A DNA stretch of 64,000 nt from Octopus vulgaris. Lineage: Eukaryota. A model generated the notes under the pieces. That model made no database searches, had not been told where the DNA came from, and was given only the letters and a program-made list of their open reading frames with translations. Below are positions 25,816 to 38,502 of this stretch, one piece after another. The stretch lies in the NCBI GenBank assembly GCA_951406725.2, contig OX597823.1:50282001-50346000 (forward strand), in the 5' to 3' direction. Both the position numbers and the translations under genes were made by a program. The first letter of the stretch is position 1, and each line of letters starts with the position of its first letter.

Positions 25816-28800
25816 GGTATATAACAGCATCTGGTAGCCTGGTCGATATTGTGACACTGTGAATACGAGGACAGAAAGCAGTAACTAAACAAAATGATAT
25901 AGTCTTAATGAAACACTCGGATCTTAAATCATTAAATTAACAAATGTTTATTTATGATGTTAGATCCAGCGGTGGTGGATGCTAACGGCATTTAACATAC
26001 AGCAAATGGAAATAATTATTTTAAGAAATGAAGTTGAAGAATCTTATTTTGAATCATGAATCCAACACTGGAATTTGTGATTAACGGTGAGAAAAGTGAC
26101 ACCATCACATTTTGATAGCTTCACCCAATAAATCCTCAGAAGTACATGAATGTCAAAACCTCTTTCTCTGAAATAAAACTTTAGCTTTCATACCATTAAG
26201 ATAAATCCCGTTATTTTGTGTTGTTTTATCCCAAGTCTTTCTTGATTAATTAGATCTAATATTGAAGACGTTCCAAACTTTATCAGCCTGCTAGTGACGT
26301 AACTAGGGTATGTACCGTTCGGGACAGCCCCTGAGTGTGTCTCCTACCAATACAGCCTATATAGGATTACACAGCAGACCCAAAAGTGCCGCCCCACTCC
26401 TAGGTTCCCTACAGCATCCCGCCTTTATTTATCGATACTGAATCGGTTGATGTAATTAGCTTTAATGAATGCTGTAATAATTTCATTTATATACTTATCT
26501 AAATGTGATATTTTAAAAACTGTACAAACTTAATATTTTAGAGTTTTTTCTAATAACTTTTGATATTTATGATATCTACCCATATGCATTAATTAATTGA
26601 TATTTTCTGTGAGATCCTGCTCTGTTGATGCTTTTCAGTAACAAGGACCATACAGCGTATATAATTAAAAAATTATGATTGGTAATGGTGATATTAGATC
26701 AATAAGTAAGTAGGCTAGTGTGAAATTAAATATATTTGGATATCTTGACGTAGGTTCTCGACCGCAGGTCTATAAAGAAAAGAATCTTTGTATTGTCTTA
26801 AAGAAATGTATGTTGTATCATAATTAGGTCAATCGATGTATGTCAATGTCATTTAACATACGATAAATTGGAATTAAATTATTTTAAGAACTGAAATAAA
26901 TCTTGACTGTTAGGTTTGATAATTTGATTAATGAATTAAAAGAAAATTGTTTAAATCATGAACCATCTTCACTGCAAATATTCACGAAAAGAAATATTCA
27001 CCAACTCATCTAAAAAGAAATCTTGTAAAATACTCTAAAAGAAAAAAAAAATGAGCCGAGTCAGTTACTTGTATGGTTTTAATAGTGCTATAACAATTTC
27101 ATACTGAAGGTATGAGGCATAAAATAATGCACATGGTTTTGAAATTGAAATATATTCAAAGAGGAACTATAAACTTAAAGATCGCAAAGAAAACCAGTAC
27201 TCACTTCTAGATTAAAGAAGAAAGGAAAATCGATCTTAATCCACTCTTAAAGTACACACACTTTCGGGTTCTGAATATAATAGTAAAATTTTATGCACCT
27301 TTGTCGGCAAATCCAACACTACATATTCGGTGTCTATTGTTTTACAAATAAAATATAAGCTAAACAATAAACGTCGATTGTGACATCATAATTACATCCC
27401 TTAACGAATTTGATGTATATTACTCGAATTGCGATTCAGACGCTGGACATTAAAGAGAAGCGTATAGCATATCTCCTCGGGAACCGATGAAATTCATAAC
27501 ATGTTAATGTATCTGAACATGTAATTTCATGTGTAAGAAATCGTGTTTTTCTTCATTCTGGTGCAAAACTAATATGGATATCAACATTGCTATTACATTT
27601 GTTTGTATATACTTATATATTTTTACTATTAATTAGGATGGAGGAGTACAAGCGACTGAAATGGAATTCCCCGAAAGATCTCTGGAGTAACGTTATTCAA
27701 TAGCGTGTGTAATTCGTAGGTCAGGGACTCTCTTCAGCCCGAGCCGTTACTTCTCATTCTTTTTCCGTGTTTGGCGGTAATTAATTGCAGAATGTTGAGA
27801 CAGCCGAGTGAGATGTGTCTCTATTTTTGCTACACCAGACAGCCCACGTAGACGGCTCAGACAGATTACCAAGAACCTCCGTGGCCACGAATATAACACA
27901 ATTGTTTCCAGTTATCTTGGGCAAGCCGCGTGTTGCCATATCGATAGCTAACCATAAATTTCGAGCAGTATATCTCTCCTAGTCTATAATTATGGCTGTC
28001 GTTATTTGTAAAAGACCCATGCAGTTTGACTTTATGTGCGATAATGAAATATTCTGTTAAATGTTCGCGGGTGTTGTTCGGTTAAATCTACACGCAACCT
28101 AAGAAACATTTTCATTCATCAACTCAACCAGTCACGTTCACAGATCAGCCAACAAACACCCAAGCGTCGTTTTCTAAGTGTGTGTGTGTGTGAGTGAGTG
28201 TTGCTTTACTGTCTCCTACGCGCACCAGTCGTTTAAGTAACTCTTGATTTGTCTGTTTCCTATCTGTGTAGTGTGTTAATGGTATTCAGTGTTATTTGTG
28301 ATGGTTGGCTGTCTTTAATATCCTTTATTGTTTTTCAGGAGATGCTGGATTTGCTAATTTCTTCTTCGAACTGGATTCTTGGAGAGAGATTGCTGATGTA
28401 CATTGTTCATTTATGGTTAGAGTAATTATGGATTTTTTTCTGGAAAACAGTGGAAGGAGTGACCATGATGTCACCAACATAGAGGTAGTTTTGTAGAAGT
28501 GTGAGAGGTCTGGTAGGCATTGATCAAAAAGAGCAGGTAAAAGGATAGATCCTTTCATAGTCCAATCCGGAAATTCAATTCTCATTTACTGCATTGGCGT
28601 AACGACATAAAGGAAAGTTTGTTTGCCAGAGTTTTGAATTACTACTTAAAGAGACCTTTGATATTTGGGGTATGAATTGGTAGTGGTAAATCGAGTTAAG
28701 AGTTTTTCACACTGTGTGGGAATTTTTTATTGTTGAAACGATCGTATGTTTATATGTAAGGGTTGTAGAGTAAACGCGCGTCGCTTAGTGGTTGAGGTAT

Positions 28801-29582
28801 TCAACTCACAATCGTAAGATTGTGGGTTCGATACCCGGAGGTGCGATGTGTCCTTCAGTAAGATATTTTATTTTACGTTGCTCCACTTCACTCAGCTGGC
28901 AAAAATGAGTAGTACCTGCATTTCAAAGAGCCAATCTTGTCATATTCTGTGTCACGCCGAATCTCCCTGAGAACTATGTAAAGGGTACGTTAGAGATGAC
29001 GTGCTTAGTCACTTGCACGTTCATTTCACGAGCAGGCTGTTCCATTGATCAGCTCAACTAGAACCTCCGTCGTCGAAACCGACGGAGAGCCAGTTAAGGA
29101 TTGCGAACAGCATGGTTGGTTAGTATTATAGCCTGAATTCATGTTGGGAATATAAATACAAGGGTGAATATTTCTAAGATATTTAAAAGTGACCACCAGA
29201 AGATGATACCTTTTGTGCAATGTTGTTTCATTTTTACACAAAGTTCATTTGGGACTTAGAAGTTAAATTATATCTGCTAGCTTAAAAGATAATAAAATAA
29301 TTTAGCAAAACACTTTTTAAGGATAACGTATATTAAATATTTCATCAGCAATATATTTTTAAAATATTCTTTAGAATTTGTATTGATATTTCTTTTATAT
29401 CTTTAATTTTTTAAATTTTTTACTCGTCTCAGACATTGGACTGCAGTCATGATGGGCCATCGCTTTGATGGGTTTAGTCGAAAATATCCCCACCTGGTAG
29501 GGGATATTTTCGCTTTTTGCCGAACCGCTAAGTTGCGGGAACGTAAACAAACCAACACCAGTTGTCTTACGGTGGTGGGGGA

Positions 29583-29586
<4 letters not shown>

Positions 29587-29665
<79 letters not shown>
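29587..29665. repeat. (CA)n microsatellite
   Basis: Pure dinucleotide run. Confidence 0.95.
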
Positions 29666-29667
<2 letters not shown>

Positions 29668-30893
29668 TGGGATTCTTTCAGTTTCCGTCTGCTAAATCCA
29701 CTCACAAAGCTTTGGAATTTGAACTCAGAACGTGAAGACAGGCGAAATTCCTCTAAGCATTTTGCCCGGTCTGCTAATGATTCTACCAGCTTGCCGCCTT
29801 AATAATGGAGAAAATATTAGACTGCGATTATGTTCTTTTATGGTTTAGCCTAAAAACGCAGCTGACCCAAATAAACAAATGAGCAAATACATTGAATCTA
29901 TTGATCAGAGCTTCAGCAGAAAATAGAAACTTGCCAACAGTTTCCATTCCATAAGGAGTTGTTGGTCTCTGCCAGAAATTATGTGCTTCAGCAAAGATTA
30001 ACCCCAAAACAGTTCAAACATAAAAGTGTCTGTACAAGACTTGTCCAAGTAACCCATTTCTTTAATTCTGTGGAATTGGAACAGCGTCTGCTTTAATCTT
30101 TCCTTTCACGAAGTACTGTAAATGTTGTTTAATTTCATCATATTACTATTTTAATACTATTTCTCAATTTTCACGTCTGCAAACCGTTATATTATTTTAT
30201 ACAAATAAATCAAGCGATCTAATGTTTTTTTAATATCTATTTATAACTTTGTCACACATTTATTATTCTCTTTTCCTTCATTGCACTTTCTTTACTTTTT
30301 GTAAACTGAATGTCTTAGCTTGCTCTGTGTGAATCACCGTGCTGTTTAAATTAAAGAAACTTATGTTTCTAAAGTTGGTTTTTATGTATTAATATAATAT
30401 AATTGAATAACTTAAGGCAGCGAGCTGACAGAATCGTTTGCAGTATTTCGTCCGTCTTTACGTTCTGAGTTCAAATTTCGCCACGGTCGACTTTGCCCTT
30501 CATCCTTTCGGAGTCGATAAATTAAGTACCAGTTGCGTACTTGGGTCGATCTAATCGACTGGCTCCCTCTCCAAAGTAGAAAAGAATATAACTGAATAAC
30601 TTAAGTCAGCGAACTGACAGAATATTTAGCAGCATTTCGTCCGTCTTTACGTTATTGATTAAATAGCCACTTAATATAGTGGTGTAACATTGTTGGAAAT
30701 GCCAATTTTACGTAGATTAGAAATGGGCCCCTAGACTTGTGGAGCCTTCGGGCAACTGCTAAGTGTGCCCACATCCTAAGACAGCACTTTCCACCTTTAT
30801 GTTTTCAGTATCCGAAACTGATTTGGATCGTTCTACGCATATTCATCCCTACCTTCATAAAATGTCTCCAGAATTAAGTTTGATGGCTTAACC

Positions 30894-30986
30894 CAATGGT
30901 TCCTAACCGTTTCACTACCAAGGACCCCTTTTATTAAAATGAGTTTTCTCCTTTTAATATGCTCATCCTCACACACACACACACAC

Positions 30987-31030
<44 letters not shown>

Positions 31031-31114
31031 TAAGTTTTGAATTTAGTTCACAGACCGCCAGTATTACCTTCGCGGACCACCAGGGGTCCGTGAACCACAG
31101 ATTGGGAACCACTG
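30894..31114. mobile_element. hAT (Charlie-type) MITE with (CA)n
   Basis: caatggttcctaac / attgggaaccactg ends, 8-bp TSD gcttaacc/gtttaacc. Confidence 0.75.
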
Positions 31115-31829
31115 GTTTAACCTTTCATGATTCTGTTACAATAAGTACTCATTGGGAGACCCTTTTGCTTGCCTCCCTATATATAGCGGTGTAACATTAC
31201 TGGATATACCAATTTTACATATTAAACACATTTAATGGCAGCTGGTATGTACATATTAAATGACCTTGTGGGGGACATCGTATTTCGTTATGCAATCATA
31301 ATATACTACAAAGTATATTAAACGTTTAAAAATCTATACTGTGTTCTATTGTGTTAGCAGTGCTTTAATATACTTTGTGGTATATTCTTTTCTATTCTAA
31401 GCACAAGGCCCGAAATTTTGTGGGAGGAAGCCAGACGATTAGATCGACTCCATTTAGCAAGTGGTACTTAATTTATTGACCCCGAAAGGATGAAAGACAA
31501 AGTCGACCTCGGTGGAATTTGAACCCAGAACGTGAAGTCAGACGAAATGCCGCTGAGCATTTCGCCCGGCGTGCTAACGGTTCTACCAGCTCGCTGCCTT
31601 ATACTTTGTAGTATATTATGGGTGCATAATGGATTGCGGTCTCCCTACAAGTCATTAAGGATCACAGTCTTGTCACATGCTTGATACACTGACTCGAACC
31701 GAGAATTATGTTAATAATACACTTGTCTGTAGAATACTCAGCTATTTAAACGTTAATTTAACGAGTACGGTAGTTCAGTTGAATGAACAACAAAATGCCC
31801 ACCGTCAAAACTGATGGAGAACACGTTAT

Positions 31830-32330
31830 CTTCCATCCATCTATCCATCTTCTCTGCCCACTAATTCTGGGAGGGCCATGGGTGTAGAGTCCTCAGGCAC
31901 CTCCTCCATAAGGTCCTGTCAGAACCAACCACCATTACACTTTCCGGCTGGATTTCCAAGTGTGACCAAAACAGACAATGGATATTATCCTTCCATCTCA
32001 TTCTCGGCCTACCCCTAGATCTCTTGTCGGTGGTTGGCTCGGCTTGAAGAATCCGTCTTGTGATTCTTCCCTGCGACATTGTGATTCTTACCTGCCACAG
32101 CACTAGACCTGTTACCCTTCAGTGAGAAGAAGTAGTGGCTCAATATGGAGAGACTCCCAGATCTTCGAGCTGCACATCCTGTCGAATACCATTGTTCCAG
32201 AGATCCTTGAGAACTTCATTTCGGCCGCGTGTATTCATCATAGTCTTAGTAAATACAACTCGTATCTCGTATGCTCGAATCTTCTGGTATGTCTTTTAAT
32301 TGAAACCCTCTCCATACTTTACATCAGCAA
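31830..32330 (-). mobile_element. RTE-like LINE 3' fragment (same family as 23800)
   Basis: KRSRGRPRMRWKDNI motif and (CATC)n tail. Confidence 0.78.
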
Positions 32331-32509
32331 CGGCCATTATATTCTAGTTCTGTTTTAAATTGTGATGTCATAATGTCAGCTAGCTGTTGTGATAAATTTG
32401 GTCTTTACTTTTAGACAAAAATACTCTTGGTTTGCTAATTAAGCATCAATCTGATTGATTAGATTAATTAAAACTCACTGGTCACACTATAATTCTATCT
32501 TGCCATTCA

Positions 32510-32630
32510 GTAATTAAATTACTCAGATATAGGGAAATTAAATTAAAGATTTTGATAAATTCAGATAAAATTTAATTTAGAGATTTCGATAAACTCAGAT
32601 ATATATAGAATTTAATTTACGAAATTTCGG
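32510..32630 (+). repeat. Degenerate AT-rich minisatellite (~30-35 bp unit)
   Basis: Recurring aatt(t/a)aatt...gattt.gataaa.tcagata. Confidence 0.55.
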
Positions 32631-33164
32631 TTTCAGTACGATTAAGAAATTTTGGTTAAACTAAATGAAGTTAATTGATTTCAGAAACGATTCAAAATGG
32701 TGGAACACCAAAACATATATTCTAAAATATCCGTATTAAATGTACGCTCTTTGGTATTGATCGCAATAGTATTTAGTGAATTTAACCTCTAATCTATTTA
32801 CTTATATATTTACTTACTTATTTTGTACTGAATCGATCAATGACTTTATAATTGATTTTTACTGAGAACCACTGATAGATGGATAGTTAGAGTGGCGAGT
32901 GACAAGGCTGCTAGCTTTTGGGATTGTAGGTGGATTTGGCATCATACAACATATCTACGAGGAATTAATTTGATGAATACATCACTTTCCACAGGGAAAA
33001 TCGAAATAGGTATTCCTTAATGAAATTTATACAAATACTTTCAGATGGTGTAGCTTACGGTTATATTGGAATTTAATATGAGAAAAGTTGGTGGGTATTC
33101 ACACATACATACTGACTCACATCACATAATTCTTCTTTTCGAAATTTCAGGTTTTGCAGATATA

Positions 33165-33730
33165 CGAGGGTGAATCAAAAAGTAATGCCATTTTGTTTAG
33201 GATAGGTATAATTACCAACACAGAAACATGTATCATACATCAAAATAAAGCTGATCCTCTGTGGATCACATGCCTACTTCTCAACGTAGTCACCGTTTCT
33301 CTCAATAGCAATGTTTCACCTTCGAATGAGAGCATGTATACCTACCCCGTAAAATTCTGCTGACTGTTCTTTGAGCCACTTCTTCACTACAGTTTTCATT
33401 TCTTCGTCACCGGACTATCATCGTTACTAGACTATCATCTCTTCGGCCCCATGAAAAAGGGTTTGAGAGGCAAACATTATTCCAGTGACGAGGAAGTGAA
33501 AACTGTAGTGAAGAAGTGGCTCAAAGAACAGTCAACAGAATTTTACGGGGCAGGGATACATGCTCTCATTCGAAGGTGGAACATTGCTACTGAGAGAAAC
33601 GGTGACTATGTTGAGAAGTAGAGATGTGATACACAGAGGACCAGCATAATTTTGATACATGACAAATGTTCCTGCGTTGGTAATTATACCTGTCCTAAAC
33701 AAAATGGCATTACTTTTTGACTCACCCTCG
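33165..33730. mobile_element. Mariner-derived palindromic non-autonomous element made of two 3' ends
   Basis: TIRs cgagggtga(a/g)tcaaaaagtaatgccattttg, TA TSD; both arms carry the transposase C-terminus (EVKTVVKKWLKEQS...NGDYVEK). Confidence 0.88.
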
Positions 33731-34780
33731 TATATGTGACGTATGTCAGATTGTATGTGTGTGCGCTCACTTTTTTTTATATTGAATTCCTATAGAATTG
33801 TAATCTACACTGTCTGAAAGGTATTTGTAGAAAACTTCATTAAAAAAAGTAGTCCTGTTTCTGAAAGTTATGAGAAAACAAATCCGACTCGTATGAATTC
33901 TCCGAAATTCCGCTCCTCATCACCGAAAACATTTTCGCAACAAATTCTGTGGTGATCGGAATCTACACCATATGAAAGATATTTGTTGAAAATTTCATTG
34001 AAAAATACCAATTTTTCTGAAAGTTATGAAGAAACACCATCGACGATGGGGATCAGACTTGTGTAGGCACACCTTAAAACGTTTAAAGTAAGAATTAGTT
34101 CAATTGCATCATTGGCAATACTTCTTCTGCCTCTGTCACTGTCTCTATCTATCTGCTGGCACATTTTTTTTTTATCCAACATCCTAAGGCAGTAGGCTTC
34201 AGTGGTTAGGATGTTGCACTCACGATCGCAAAACACTTCGTTTCCTGTCGTTCCGGTTCACTCATCTGTAAATGAATAACCCAATGAGAGATTGGCATCC
34301 TATTCAGAAAGAGTATTATGTTCTCGATCGCCATAGAAACTTATACGCCATGGAAACCAAGAATACGGTTCTATGAATCCTCGGACTCAAAACAGTATTG
34401 TCCAGACGTCGTTGTTGTTGTTGTCGACGGTGATGATGAATATGATGATGATGACGATAATGATGATGGTGATGGTGGTGTAAACCTGTCGGCTTCACAT
34501 TTAGGTCTATCTATGAGCGAACAGAATTATCTGACTTGTTGCAAAAGAATATTCGTTCTTCATTGGAAAACTCATTACAAGATCGCCTCACTGCAATCAT
34601 GGTAAACCTTTCGTGTGTGTGTGTGTGTGTGTGTGCGTGTGTGTGTTTCTGTCTGTGTCTGTGTGTATACACCCGTACATACATACATACATACATACAT
34701 ACATACATACATACATACATACATACATACATACAACTGTACGTACGTACAGTTCTATATTTAAGAGATGAGGAATTATG

Positions 34781-34932
34781 TACATTATTTACATATTTAC
34801 ATTTGACGGGTATTTGTCTTCATCTTGTTTGTTGTTAACACAACGTTTCGGCTGATATACATACGCTCCAGCTTTCATCAGGTGTCTTGGGGAAATTCCG
34901 AACCTGGGTTCTCATTCCTAAGGTATTTTCGA

Positions 34933-35000
<68 letters not shown>

Positions 35001-35274
35001 TCACCGCCTGGAATCGAACTCGGAATCTTGGGGTTAAGAGCACGGGCTACTAACCCCAAGATTCCGAGTTCGATTCCAGGCAGTAACTTGAATAATAATG
35101 ATAATAATAATAATATTAATAACAACAACAACATCGAAAAATACCTTAGAAATGAGAACCCAGGTTCGAAATTTCCCCAAGACACCTGATGAATGCTGGA
35201 GAGTATATCAACCGAAACGTTGTGTTAACAACAAACAAAATGAGGACAAATATCCGTCAAATGTAAATAATGTA
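34781..35274. mobile_element. Head-to-head inverted pair of tRNA-headed SINE-like elements, each with a degenerate hammerhead motif
   Basis: Two ~225-255 bp arms pair around 35037-35050; B-box gagttcgattcc; gacac-ctgatga...gaaac-gtt-gtgtt in both arms. Confidence 0.75.
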
Positions 35275-37719
35275 AGTAATATACTTACGCGCGCGCGCGC
35301 GTATACCCATCGATCAGCAACATACATATATATATAATTGAAAGTAAGAACAAAATACGAAACAAATTTGACGCATCGTAATAAACACGTTAACAGTAAT
35401 AGCGTACATGGACCGGTAATAATGTAATAATGTTTGTTGATGCTTTCCCAAAAGCTTTCCTCGCTATTATTTTACCTCCGTAAAACGGTAATGAAGATAA
35501 TTTGTTCAGTGATTTGCCATCGTTGACGATGACCCACATGGCGGCTGGAACCTTACGTAACACAGAAGTGAGTCAAACGGATTTGGCGTGTGTAAGGCCG
35601 TGATTAAACAGAAACGGTTATTACTCCTACATTAAAGTGAAAGATATTGAAACTATTGCTGACCTTAAAAGCAATGAAAAGTCGATATATTTAATATTCA
35701 GCAATGTGCAGTAGTACATAAATTTAGAGTGTCGTAAAAGAATTCTCTGTTTTAATTTTCTGAACTTTGATTCTAGGTAATAGGTGGGGGTTAGAAAAAA
35801 AAACGGTATATAGCGGTTAATAGTTTATGAATAATCAAACGCTCTCCTTTTCTAATGGCTCTTACGATTTTGTTATAAAGGCTTTTGTATCCCAATAGGG
35901 ATGGCTTAGTGCAATAAATCTCTCTTCTATAAACATTTCAGATCGTTCATTACGAATGGTTCATCAATATTCATTATTGCAACGAAATTTTCGTATGCTT
36001 TTAAATCTGTAGTTCATGTAAGAACACAGGAGTAGAGTTAACGTTTGAAGGTGATATGAAGCTGCAGTGAATTTCCTTTAATATCGCAAAGGACTCTATG
36101 AACTGGTTGAATTTACACACAATTTCTTTCTGTAAATTATACCAAGTCATGAACGAGTACGACATCTGTACAGAGCGTTATCCATTATTTCGTGTCGATA
36201 GTCTTCATATATTTCGCAAACATAGATTCTGTCGTTGTAAGTGGAATAAAATGACCAATAATCATATGAAACGGCAGGTTTGTCGTTAATCATGCTTCAA
36301 CTACTTATAATAAATTTTCTGTTCTAACAGCCTACTATAAAAACGTTGGTGTGTACACCAGTGTCGTGGAGTTATCTCAAGTCAGCTCTGGTTAAACACA
36401 TCGACAGCACGTAGGTAGCCAGTCAAATGACTAGATTTGACCTTATTGGTCTAGTGTTCAAGATATAATTCGCCGCCACCAAGCTAAAGGACCGTGCTAC
36501 ATATACCGACTTTGTTAATCGTTTGATGTATAATATTTCACACTCTCTCTCTCTCTATGGTCCTGTTTATTTCTGTATACCTATTTCTTTATTACCCACA
36601 AGGGGCTAAACACAGAGGAGATAAACAAGGACAGACAGACGGATTAAGTCGATTATATCGACCCCAGTGCGTAACTGGTACTTAATTTATCGACCCCGAA
36701 AGGATGAAAGGCAAAGTCGACCTCGGCGGAATTTGAACTCAGAACGTAACGACAGGCGAAATACCGCTGAGCTTATTTCTGTATACCAGTTGTTGGTTCG
36801 CTTCAGTTCATTCTTAAATGAACTAACATATTATCAAAGACATTCCAGTCAATTTTTAAACGTTCAATTAAAGGGTGATATACAGAATGGCGTACTCAAT
36901 AAAATCTTAATTAATTGGAATGTTCTCTTAGTTGGAGAAAGTAAAGAAAAACTCTCTGAAAAAAGGCGAGGTAATTTCAAGAAGGGTAAGATAATAATAT
37001 CTCCAACCGAGACGTTACAACCGTATCTGATTGTTCAAGAGCTTCAATTTTGTATATGTACATATATTTACTCGACTGCTGACCTTTACTAATGGTTTTT
37101 CCCATTGTTTTGATGCATCATTTTCTAGCATTTATAAAACTGTCGGTATTTTTGACGACACGGGTTTGCTAGCTAATTTCATAATTCACATGCTTAGGAA
37201 AATGAAATTAGATTATTGTTTGCCGGAAAGGAATAACTCAACTATGGATATGTTTAGGCCAAGTGAACCGCATCAGCACCACATAGTCTAATCAACCCAA
37301 AATGCCACGAGATTCTTTGCTTAAGAATGTTGAATATTATTTTCTTCCAGGGAATGCTTTTTATGTCTGTAATGATGAAAATGTTATGCAATTAGGTAGG
37401 CAATAGACCTTGGTGATGTTAATAATATATATGTCAAATAACTTGCAAACCAAAACTAAGGGAATTGAATCGTTCTTAAGCTGAATTTTCTTCATCATGA
37501 AAGCGAGTTAAATAAGAGTCTATATACATGGTTGTTTAAGCTACTAGAAATAGCAGTGAATCTTCCTCAAATTACCCCGTACCATAGTTGCTCCCAGACG
37601 CAGAAACGTAGCACACTGGTCGAACGCCAGGTGGTGTTATGTGAACCACAAAATAATTTTATTTTGGAGCATTAACAGAGTCGGTAGATCATCAGGCAGA
37701 ATGCCCCGAAGGTCTACTT

Positions 37720-38502
37720 CCACCAGTCCTGGTCTTTCCGACATCTCTCTCTGCGCAGTGAATCACTCCGCCATTAAAACCTACAGACAAATCTCTCTTA
37801 CCCAGGACTTTTCACTCCATAGTGATTTCAAGTGGATCTTCGTCATTGCGGACCTGCCCTATCCTATTCTTGGTGCTGATTTCTTACATCCCTATTCTCT
37901 CCTTGTGGGCATTAGAGAACGCTGATTCATTGATGACACCACTTCACTCGCCGTCTCCGGAAAGGATTCTTCTGTCCCTGTTGTGAGCCCTTCTTTCTTC
38001 GTGGCTGCTTCGAGTGACTCCTACCACCAGTTACTCACTTCGTTACCAGAGTTGACTGATTTGTCATTTCATCCGTCGAATCCAGCCCATTCTACGAGAC
38101 ATTTCATTACGGCTAAGGGTCTTCCAGTTTTTTCCCGACCGCGCCGTTTGTCTCTAGAGAAACTCCAGATCGCCCGGGCTGAATTGGAGCACATGTTCCA
38201 CCTGGGCCTTATTCGTCCCTCCACGAGCCTGTGGGCAACACATTTATACATGGCCAGGAAGAATGAAGCTGATTTTCGACCGGATGGAGATTTTAGACGT
38301 CTTAACACTGTTACTATCGCTGATCACTGTCCCCTACCAAATGTGCAGGATTTTTCGTCTGCTCTGCACGGCTGTAAGATTTTTTTCTAACATCGATTTG
38401 GTATGCGCATACCATAAAATCCCTGTCAACCCCGACTTTCCAAAGACAGCCATCATCACACCTTTTGGAGTGTTTGAATTCTTGTCTATACCGTTTGGTT
38501 TT
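37720..38502 (+). pseudogene. Ty3/Gypsy pol fragment (protease end to reverse transcriptase)
   Basis: PILGADFL, PRRLS, DFRRLN, PLPNVQD, IDLVCAYHKIP, KTAIITPFGVFEF; stops and frameshift. Confidence 0.9.

Larger units (their letters stand above)
2490..33000. repeat. Diverged local repeat family scattered in both orientations (function unknown)
   Basis: Shared blocks aactatgacgtcacaatc, ttcttaaaataatt, aa(g)atatctaaatatatt.acttcacatt; 39/40 identity between 24442-24481 and 26933-26972. Confidence 0.7.

Noticed and set aside
28270-28720. Possible LINE endonuclease remnant on the minus strand
   Set aside because: Only a faint NIKGL motif; too decayed to call.
2490-33000. Local repeat family as protocadherin, chemotactile receptor, GPCR or LRR pseudogenes
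   Set aside because: I found no diagnostic motifs (DxNDN, DRE, Cys-loop FPFD, LxxLxLxxN), and stops recur across copies in the frames tested. Left unassigned.
34318-35337. Low-complexity ORFs (poly-D, L, N, Y, YIHT)
   Set aside because: They are translations of microsatellites and SINE tracts.
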